This document shows positions 49,447-56,516 of a DNA stretch of 64,000 bases, piece after piece. The stretch is from an uncultured Gammaproteobacteria bacterium. Lineage in GTDB: Bacteria > Pseudomonadota > Gammaproteobacteria > Steroidobacterales > Steroidobacteraceae. A program made the position numbers and the translations under genes. The notes below the pieces were generated by a model. The model searched no databases, was not told where the DNA came from, and worked only from the letters and a program-made list of their open reading frames with translations. The first letter of the stretch is position 1. The number at the start of each line of letters is the position of its first letter. The DNA is taken from positions 249,243-313,242 of the forward strand of contig CAWJIS010000002.1 of assembly GCA_963843035.1 (NCBI GenBank), read 5' to 3'.

Positions 49447-51924
49447 TCAGCGATCCGCGACCGGGATGTTGTGCACCACGGCCACGTCCGCGAGAGCCCC
49501 CGGTCCGTGGCACAGCGCGCAGGTCTCGACAGCCGTGCCCGGTATGGTGCGCCCTTCCGCGTCCTTCAGGACCGTGGTCGAGCCGCCCATCTGCATCATG
49601 TGCGACTGGGTCAGGCTGTCGAAGTGGCAGGCCGAGCACACCGCCATGTTGGCCGACGTCGCGATCGGATTGCCGGCCGTGGTCGGATCAGCCGGATTCT
49701 TCGACAGGCCGGTGTCGAAGGTCGTCGCCTGCACCGCGGTGTCATCCACCGGGTAGTAGGTGGCAGAGTTGTGACACATCGCGCAGTCGTTGAGCTGGCC
49801 CGGGAAGACCACGTTGCTGAAGTCACTCACCGATCCACCGAAGCCGTAGATCGCGGTGGGCGCTCCGGCCGCGGCGCGCACGCTGCCCGCGTGGATCATG
49901 TGGAACAGGAAGCGGCCATTGATGGACTGCTCCCACAGGCCGTCGACGCCGACCGCGGTCAGACCCTGGCGCTGACTGACGTCGGTCGAGGCCGGGTTGT
50001 GGCAGGCGACGCAGGCCTGTATGTCGTCGTTGCGATTACTGCCGTGCAGCTCGAGGCGGAAATGGCAGACGTCGCATTTGGCGATATTCACCACCGTGCG
50101 CCGCGGTACTACAGTTCCGCCCGAGACGTTGCCGTACCCCACCGTGGTCGTCACCGGAATGCGGTCCGCGCCGGGTCCGGTCGTGACGACGCCTGGGTGA
50201 CCCTCGAGCACGACGCCGAGGTTGGCGACGGCCGGGCAGGCCGTGGTGCTCGCCGGCGGACAGTTGGCGGCCGGTGCCGCCGGCAGTGCGGTCGTGGAGG
50301 TCAGCGTGAACGACCCGTTCGCCTGTTGCACCGGCGTGATCGCCCCGCCCGCACAGCCGGTACCGGCGAGTGGATTGAGCGAGACCGGCTGGCCCCAGCT
50401 CGCCGCCGCCGGCGCCGCGGCGCTGCCCCAGTTGGTGTAGTCGCTCGTCTCCCAGGCAATGTCGAGCGCCAGCCGTGCCGCGCCACCGCCGGCGCACACC
50501 GGCTTGCCCGTGCCCGGATCGGTGCCCGCAAAGGCCGGGTCCGTCAGGATGTTGTACGGGGCGTTGCTGTTGGTCGGATCGACCACCGAGAAGTTCACGA
50601 CCGGGAAGATGCTGGGAGCGGTCCCCGTGAAGCTGACGCTGTTGACGATGAACTTGAACTTGGTCGCCGCGACCTCGTCCGGAATCGTGTGGGCCGCGAC
50701 CACCTGGATCATTCCGTTATCGATGGTCGAGCTCGGACCATGACAGGTGGTGCACTGGCTGTCGTTGGCCGGCAGGTTCGCAGGACTGTGACCCGCGCCG
50801 GTGGTGAAATTGATGGTGTCGTGGCAGGCGCCGCACGCCTCGATGGTCGGCACCGCGGCATAGTTGCCCGCTTCGGTCGCCGCCGGCAGGTTCTGCTTGT
50901 GGCAGGTGGTGCAGTTGCGGGTGTCCTGCGGGAAGAGCACCGTGTTGAAGTTGTCGAGCGACTTTCCGTGGCCGACTATCCAGTAGCCCTGCGCGAGAGT
51001 TGGCGTGGTGTTGGAACCGGCGTGAAAGTCAGCGCTGCCCGTGAGGGCCAGACCGGGCGGCGTCTGGATGCTCGCCAGCGAGTTGCCCTGGTGGATCTTG
51101 TGGATCATCTGCTTGAAGTCGAGCGGATTGCCACTGTACGGGTCGGTGGTGCTCGGGTTGTGGCACATGACGCAGTACTGCGTCTCGACGCGGGCGCCGC
51201 CGTGCAGCATCAGCTGCGTGTGGCAGCCGTTGCAGGTCTGAAGCTCGATGATCTCGCGGCTGAAGATGCCGGTGGTCGCGCCGGTCGAGGGCTGGAACGT
51301 GTAGGAGCCGTTGTTGGCCTGCGCGAGCCCGCGGATCTCGAAGGCGACGCGATGCGTGAGAGTCGCGTCGTAGGTCACGATCGGATCGGTCTTGACGTCC
51401 TTCAGGAACGTGTACTGGTACGTGCCATCGCCGTTATCGACGAGCGTGCCCGAGGCGCCGTTCTCGGTCGTCGCCTGAGTGGCCGCTGCGGACAGACAAC
51501 TGGTCGCCCCGGTCGGACAACCCGAGGGCGTGACCGTCTGGTAGATGTAGGACTGCCAGGTGCTCGCCGCGCCGTTCTGACCCGGGGTGAGCTTGGCGAT
51601 CACCCAGCCGATGTCAGCGGCGGGCAGGCCCTTGAGCGGCACGCCGTTCTGGTCGGCGAGGGAGAACTTCACGACCGGCGGCGAATTGATGGTGACGCTG
51701 CTGATCGTCCCGACGATCTGCGTCGCCGTGCCGACATCGAGCGCTGCGACTCCGGCGCCGGGGCCCTGCGGGCCCGTGGGTCCGGCCGGCCCGGGCGGGC
51801 CGGCCTGGCCCTGTGGCCCGGTACTGCCGCTGCAGGCGGCGAGGAGCGCGGCGAGAGCGAGAACGGGCAGGCAAGCCCGGGCCGTTTGCTTCGTCAAGCG
51901 TGAGCCGAGGGATTCCCGATGCAT
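49447..51924 (-). CDS. mtrC: MtrC/OmcA-family outer-surface decahaem lipoprotein
   Basis: ORF 49447..52041; start placed at ATG 51924 (MHRESLGSRLTKQTARACLPVLALAALLAAC, lipobox LAAC). Ten CxxCH arranged 5 + 5 around a Cys-poor beta-type domain: CNGCH, CVMCH, CTTCH, CGACH, CTTCH / CDVCH, CVACH, CAMCH, CSACH, CALCH. Confidence 0.8.
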   Translation of the reverse strand: MHRESLGSRLTKQTARACLPVLALAALLAACSGSTGPQGQAGPPGPAGPTGPQGPGAGVAALDVGTATQIVGTISSVTINSPPVVKFSLADQNGVPLKGLPAADIGWVIAKLTPGQNGAASTWQSYIYQTVTPSGCPTGATSCLSAAATQATTENGASGTLVDNGDGTYQYTFLKDVKTDPIVTYDATLTHRVAFEIRGLAQANNGSYTFQPSTGATTGIFSREIIELQTCNGCHTQLMLHGGARVETQYCVMCHNPSTTDPYSGNPLDFKQMIHKIHQGNSLASIQTPPGLALTGSADFHAGSNTTPTLAQGYWIVGHGKSLDNFNTVLFPQDTRNCTTCHKQNLPAATEAGNYAAVPTIEACGACHDTINFTTGAGHSPANLPANDSQCTTCHGPSSTIDNGMIQVVAAHTIPDEVAATKFKFIVNSVSFTGTAPSIFPVVNFSVVDPTNSNAPYNILTDPAFAGTDPGTGKPVCAGGGAARLALDIAWETSDYTNWGSAAAPAAASWGQPVSLNPLAGTGCAGGAITPVQQANGSFTLTSTTALPAAPAANCPPASTTACPAVANLGVVLEGHPGVVTTGPGADRIPVTTTVGYGNVSGGTVVPRRTVVNIAKCDVCHFRLELHGSNRNDDIQACVACHNPASTDVSQRQGLTAVGVDGLWEQSINGRFLFHMIHAGSVRAAAGAPTAIYGFGGSVSDFSNVVFPGQLNDCAMCHNSATYYPVDDTAVQATTFDTGLSKNPADPTTAGNPIATSANMAVCSACHFDSLTQSHMMQMGGSTTVLKDAEGRTIPGTAVETCALCHGPGALADVAVVHNIPVADR
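51757..51819 (-). repeat. Collagen-like G-X-Y repeat just after the lipidated Cys of the MtrC-like protein
   Basis: GPQ-GQA-GPP-GPA-GPT-GPQ-GPG (residues 36-56 counted from ATG 51924). Confidence 0.85.
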
Positions 51925-51971
51925 AAACCACTCCCAAGCGCCGTCTTCGCGGCATTCACCCAATTTCATTC

Positions 51972-51989
51972 TCGCTTTTTTGAAAGCGA
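51972..51989. promoter_or_regulatory. Palindrome upstream of mtrC
   Basis: TCGCTTT-TTTG-AAAGCGA (7-bp arms), 48-65 nt upstream of the proposed mtrC start, in a locally AT-rich 235-bp divergent intergenic region. Confidence 0.3.
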
Positions 51990-52106
51990 AAACAAGATAG
52001 GCACTTACCCTTACGCTTTCATTACGTGGCGGTGCCTGCACGGCTGAGCGCCCCGAATTGACTTGGCCTGCCCCTTGTGGCTACCGTAGAAATTGAGAGG
52101 CATCAC

Positions 52107-52129
52107 AGTCCCCCGACGGTGCGGGGACT
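52107..52129 (+). promoter_or_regulatory. GC-rich stem-loop in the leader of the cytochrome c gene
   Basis: AGTCCCC-CGACGGTGC-GGGGACT (7-bp stem), 30 nt upstream of ATG 52160. There is no upstream same-strand gene for it to terminate. Confidence 0.25.
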
Positions 52130-52159
52130 CCACAATTGCATGCAAAGGGGACATCAGCG

Positions 52160-52765
52160 ATGAGAGCTGCATTACTCGCTGCAACGGCAGCGCTCGGGCT
52201 TCTTCCGGCGGTTGTGCTGGCCGCGCCCGATCCGAAGCTCCTCGAGAGCTGCCAGGACTGCCACGGCGCGAACGGAATCACGGGCGCGCAGGACGTTCCG
52301 ACGATCGCCGGCGTGTCCGCAACTGTGCAGAGCGATGCACTCAAGGCCTACAAGGCAAAGGCGCGGCCCTGCTCGAAGGTCCACTACAAGCGTGGTGACA
52401 CCAAGCGCGAGGGCGATATGTGCACCGTCGCCAAGGATCTGACGGATGCTCAGATCACTGATCTCACGGCGTATTTTGCCGCCAAGCCCTTCAGTGCGCT
52501 TAAGCAGCCCGCCGATGCCGCCAAGGCCGCGGCCGGCAAGCAGATTCACGACCGCGATTGTAAGAAATGTCATTCGTCCGGCGGCAAGGACCCGGCCGAT
52601 GATGCGGGAATCCTGGCCGGCCAGCCCGTTGCCTGGCTGAAGAGCTCCCTCGATTCCTACAAGAAGGGCGCGCTCGAGCAGCCGAAGAACATGAAGAGCG
52701 TCGTCACCAAGCTCTCGGATGCCGACGTCGAGGCGCTCGCCCAGTATTACGCCAGCGAGCAGTAG
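52160..52765 (+). CDS. Periplasmic dihaem class-I c-type cytochrome (c4-like)
   Basis: ORF 52136..52765; ATG 52160 is preceded by AAGGGG. Signal peptide MRAALLAATAALGLLPAVVLA. Two CxxCH motifs (CQDCH, CKKCH) in two repeated halves. Confidence 0.8.
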   Translation: MRAALLAATAALGLLPAVVLAAPDPKLLESCQDCHGANGITGAQDVPTIAGVSATVQSDALKAYKAKARPCSKVHYKRGDTKREGDMCTVAKDLTDAQITDLTAYFAAKPFSALKQPADAAKAAAGKQIHDRDCKKCHSSGGKDPADDAGILAGQPVAWLKSSLDSYKKGALEQPKNMKSVVTKLSDADVEALAQYYASEQ

Positions 52766-52781
52766 CGGGCCGCTCCGCCTC

Positions 52782-53183
52782 ATGAGCGGCACGGCCGCGC
52801 CAACCCGGTCCTTCGAGCCCGATCAGGCGTGGTGGCTGAGGCTGCTTGCCGTGATCGATGCCCGCGATGCGGACGGCTTCGTGTCCTTCCTCGCGCCGGA
52901 TGCCGAGTTCCGCTTCGGCAATGCGCCCGCGGTGCGCGGGCGCGAAGCGATCCGCGCGGCGGTGGCGGGTTTCTTCTCCCTGATCGCCGGCTGCCGTCAT
53001 CGACTGCTCGGCGCGTGGAACGGCCCCGGCACGACGGTCTGCGAGGGTGAGGTGACTTACACGCGCCAGGACGGCTCGACCGTGACGATACCCTTCGTCA
53101 ACGTGTTCGAGCTGCGTGGCGAGCGCGTCGCTTCCTACCGCATCTACATCGACAACGCGCCGCTTTTCGCAGAGGGCTCGTAA
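52782..53183 (+). CDS. SnoaL-like / NTF2-fold protein
   Basis: ORF 52719..53183; start at ATG 52782. WWLRLLAVIDARDADGFVSFLAPDAEFRFGNAPAVRGREAI...FELRGERVASYRIY is the SnoaL/DUF4440 pattern. Confidence 0.65.
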   Translation: MSGTAAPTRSFEPDQAWWLRLLAVIDARDADGFVSFLAPDAEFRFGNAPAVRGREAIRAAVAGFFSLIAGCRHRLLGAWNGPGTTVCEGEVTYTRQDGSTVTIPFVNVFELRGERVASYRIYIDNAPLFAEGS

Positions 53184-53196
53184 GGGTCCGGGATCC

Positions 53197-54204
53197 TCAA
53201 CAGATCCTCGGCAGGGGATCATCTTCGAGCTCATCGAGCACCCGCTGGCCGCCGAAGGTGGTGTCGAGCACTACCTGCCCGGGTCCCGCACGCAGCTCGC
53301 CGATCACTACAGCGCTCGGCGCCACGGCGCGCAGCTCTCCGAGCGCCGCCGCACTCGCTTCGGGGGCGACCACCGCGACCACACGACCCTCGCAGGCGAG
53401 ATAGAGCGGATCGAAGCCGAGCAGCTCGCAAACCGACTGCACGGCGTCGTTGACCGGAATGCGTGCCTCATCGAGCTGCACGCGCAGCCCTGTCGCCCGC
53501 GCCAGCTCGTGCGCCACGGTGGCGAGACCACCGCGGGTCGGATCGCGCATGAAGCGTAAGCCCGGCACCTTGAGCAGGGCCTGCGCTTCGGGCAGCACGC
53601 TGGCGGCATCCGACTTCAGATCCCCCCGCAGGCCGAATTCCTGCCGTGCGAGCAGCACTGCGGCGCCATGGTCCCCTACCGGCCCGCTCACCAGGACGCG
53701 GTCGCCGGCGCGCACCTCCCCGAAGCCGAGCCGCGTGCCGCGCGGCCGAAAACCCACTCCCGTCGCCGCGAGGTAGATGCCGTCGCAGTCGCCGCGCCCG
53801 AGCACCTTGGTGTCTCCGGCCACCACCGCAACCCCGCAGTCGCGCGCCGCCTGCGCGAGAGCGGTGATCACGCGGTGTAACAGCGCGATCTCCAGGCCCT
53901 CCTCGAGAAAGGTACTGAGTGTCATGAAGCGCGGCAGCGCGCCGCTCACGGCGAGATCGTTGACCGTACCGTGCACGGCGAGGGAGCCGATATTGCCGCC
54001 GGGGAACTCGAGCGGCTGCACGGTGAAGCCGTCGGTCGTGACGACCAGCTCGAGGTCGTCCGGGGTCGGCAGGCCGACCGCGTCGGCGCGCGTGTCGAGC
54101 AGCGGATTGCCGAGCGCCGGCACGAAGAGATCCTCGATGAGCTCGCGCATCAGCCGGCCACCGTTGCCATGCGCGAGGCTCACGTGCTGGTCGCGGCGCG
54201 GCAT
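53197..54204 (-). CDS. hypE: [NiFe]-hydrogenase maturation protein HypE
   Basis: 335 aa, AIR-synthase-like fold. LAHGNGG N-terminus and the diagnostic C-terminal PRIC. Confidence 0.95.
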   Translation of the reverse strand: MPRRDQHVSLAHGNGGRLMRELIEDLFVPALGNPLLDTRADAVGLPTPDDLELVVTTDGFTVQPLEFPGGNIGSLAVHGTVNDLAVSGALPRFMTLSTFLEEGLEIALLHRVITALAQAARDCGVAVVAGDTKVLGRGDCDGIYLAATGVGFRPRGTRLGFGEVRAGDRVLVSGPVGDHGAAVLLARQEFGLRGDLKSDAASVLPEAQALLKVPGLRFMRDPTRGGLATVAHELARATGLRVQLDEARIPVNDAVQSVCELLGFDPLYLACEGRVVAVVAPEASAAALGELRAVAPSAVVIGELRAGPGQVVLDTTFGGQRVLDELEDDPLPRIC

Positions 54205-54218
54205 CGGAGCTGCCCGTC

Positions 54219-56516
54219 TCAGCCGTCCGCCTGGACGGCGGCCGCCTCGACGAGCTGGCCGAAGCTGATCGCCGCATCGTTGACCGGGAGCTGCTGCGGG
54301 ATCAGCACCTCGAACCCGAGGCTGGTCAGTCCGGCATGGACACGCTCGGTCAGCACGCGATTCTGGAACACGCCGCCCGCGAGCCCGACGCGCGCGACTC
54401 CCGAGCGCTCACGCACCGCGCAGGCCTGGTCGCAGAGCGCTTGCGCGAGACTCGCATGCAGGAGCGCCGCACGCTCGGCCGGTGTGCGCGTCGGCTCGAG
54501 GAGCGAGCGCACGAGCGGTGCCCAGTCGGAGCGCCATACTCCGGCCCCATCCGGCGCGAGCGGCAGCGCGAGCGGCGCGCCGTCGCTCCCGCACAGGGCT
54601 TCGAGGCACATGGGCGCTTCGGCCTCGTAGCTGGTGTCGAGGCGCACGCCGACGAGTGCCGCCGCCGCGTCGAACAGCCGGCCGACCGCCGTGGTCGCGG
54701 GCGCATTCACTCCCGCATCGAACGCCTGCCGCAGCAGCGGCTCGGCGCGGGCCTCCCCGGCAGGCCAGGAGCAGCCGGATTCCCAGCAGAGTGCCAGCGC
54801 TGTGCGCCACGGCTCGCGCGCCGCCCGCTCGCCCCCCGGGAGACGAAACGGCCGAAAGCTCGCGACGCGCTGCCAGCGGCCCGGGCTGCCGAGGAATGCC
54901 TCTCCGCCCCAGAGCGTGCCGTCGGCACCGAGTCCGACTCCATCCCAGGTGAAGCACAGCGTGGGCGCCGCGCCCGGGTACTCCGCGGCGAGCGCGGCGG
55001 CATGGGCATGGTGGTGCCATACCGCGAGCGTCGGCAGCCCTGATGCGCGCGCCCAGCGGGAGTTGGGGAAGTCCGGGTGCGCATCGTGCGCGATGCGCTC
55101 GGCGCGCACGCCGTAGAGCCGCTGCAGATCGTCGATGACCTGGGTGAAGATGTGACGCGCGCGCGGGCTCGCAAGCTCGCCGATGTGCGGCGACACGACG
55201 GCGCGGTGGCCCCAGGCGAGCGCCACCGTGTTCTTGAGATAGGCACCGACTGCGAGCGTCGGCACCGCGACGCTCGCGGGCAGCTCGAGCTCGAGGGGCG
55301 CCGTGCCGCGACCGAGGCGCAGCGGACGCGCCGCGCCTGCGACCACCCGCACGAGCGGATCGTCGGCCGGCCGCACGATAGGACGGTCGTGGTGCAGGAA
55401 ACCGTCGGCCACGTGCTTAAGGCGCTGCTCCGCTTCCTCGGGCTCGGTGAGCACGGGCTCGCCGCTCGAATTTCCCGAGGTCGCGACCAGCGGTGCCCCG
55501 AAGTCCTGAAGCAGCAGGTGGTGCAGCGGGCTGTAGGGCAGCATCAGCCCAAGCTGCTCGAGTCCCGGCGCGACGCCCGCGGCGAGGGCGGCGTGCGGGA
55601 GTCTGCGCGACAGCACGATCGGCCGTATCGGGTCGACGAGTGCCGCTGCCTCCGCGGCCGAGAGGCGGGCGAGCGCGCGCGCACTGTCGAGACCATCCGC
55701 GCCGCGCCAGGGCACCATGAGGGCCAGCGGCTTCGCCGGCCGGCGTTTGCGCTCGCGCAGGCGAGCGACGGCCGCCTCATCGGCGGCGTCACAGCAGAGG
55801 TGATATCCGCCGATGCCACGCACGGCGACGATCCGCCCGGCGCGCAGCGCGGCCAGCGCCGCGGCGAGGGAGGCGGAATTGCCGCGGATCGCTTCCGTGC
55901 CTGCACGCCAGCGCAGCCCCGGACCGCAGGCGGCGCACGCGAGCGGCTCGGCGTGAAAGCGCCGATCGAGCGGGTCGGCGTACTCGGCGGCGCAGTCGGC
56001 GCAGAGCGGAAAGCCGGCGAGCGAGGTATTCGAGCGATCGTAGGGCAGGGCGCGAATCACCGTGTAGCGCGGGCCGCACTGGGTGCAGTTGATGAAGGGA
56101 TAGGCGAAGCGGCGCGCCGCCGGGTCGCGCAGCTCCGCGAGGCACTCGTCGCAGGCGAAGAGATCGGGCGGCACGTGCACATGGGGCTGTGCCGTTTGGG
56201 CGCTCGGGAGAACGTGGAAGTCCTCGAGAGACTCGCGCTCGGCCGCACGTTGCTCGAGCAGCCGCGGGCGTGCCGCGGGAGGCGCGCGGGCGAGGAGTGC
56301 CGCGCCGAAGGCCTCGAGCGAGGCGGCATCGCCCTCAGCGTGCACCTCGACTTCCCCGCCGCTGTTGCGCACCCAGCCACGGAGGCCGTGCTCAGCGGCA
56401 AGGCGATAGACGAACGGCCGAAACCCGACCCCCTGGACGCGGCCGGCGATCCGCCAGTGCCGTGCGGCTGCTGCCGCTGCCTCGGGCCTCGTGGCCTCCA
56501 GGGCCAGGCGGCTCAT
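54219..56516 (-). CDS. hypF: Carbamoyltransferase HypF
   Basis: 765 aa. Acylphosphatase domain (GRVQGVGFRPFV), two Zn-finger CxxC pairs (CDECLAE...CTQCGPRY; CADCAAE...CAACGP), YrdC and Kae1-like domains. Confidence 0.95.
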   Translation of the reverse strand: MSRLALEATRPEAAAAAARHWRIAGRVQGVGFRPFVYRLAAEHGLRGWVRNSGGEVEVHAEGDAASLEAFGAALLARAPPAARPRLLEQRAAERESLEDFHVLPSAQTAQPHVHVPPDLFACDECLAELRDPAARRFAYPFINCTQCGPRYTVIRALPYDRSNTSLAGFPLCADCAAEYADPLDRRFHAEPLACAACGPGLRWRAGTEAIRGNSASLAAALAALRAGRIVAVRGIGGYHLCCDAADEAAVARLRERKRRPAKPLALMVPWRGADGLDSARALARLSAAEAAALVDPIRPIVLSRRLPHAALAAGVAPGLEQLGLMLPYSPLHHLLLQDFGAPLVATSGNSSGEPVLTEPEEAEQRLKHVADGFLHHDRPIVRPADDPLVRVVAGAARPLRLGRGTAPLELELPASVAVPTLAVGAYLKNTVALAWGHRAVVSPHIGELASPRARHIFTQVIDDLQRLYGVRAERIAHDAHPDFPNSRWARASGLPTLAVWHHHAHAAALAAEYPGAAPTLCFTWDGVGLGADGTLWGGEAFLGSPGRWQRVASFRPFRLPGGERAAREPWRTALALCWESGCSWPAGEARAEPLLRQAFDAGVNAPATTAVGRLFDAAAALVGVRLDTSYEAEAPMCLEALCGSDGAPLALPLAPDGAGVWRSDWAPLVRSLLEPTRTPAERAALLHASLAQALCDQACAVRERSGVARVGLAGGVFQNRVLTERVHAGLTSLGFEVLIPQQLPVNDAAISFGQLVEAAAVQADG

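Noticed and set aside
48541-51903. 1120-aa ORF on the + strand, plus many other very long ORFs (for example 892..1896 -, 2059..3438 -, 14119..15759 -, 22433..25117 -, 18836..20350 -, 61862..63724 -).
   Set aside because: Their translations are low-complexity Arg/Ala/Gly/Pro/His-rich strings with no recognisable motifs. Each lies antisense to, or out of frame with, a gene that has strong family signatures. This is the expected stop-codon-poor shadow of very GC-rich coding DNA.
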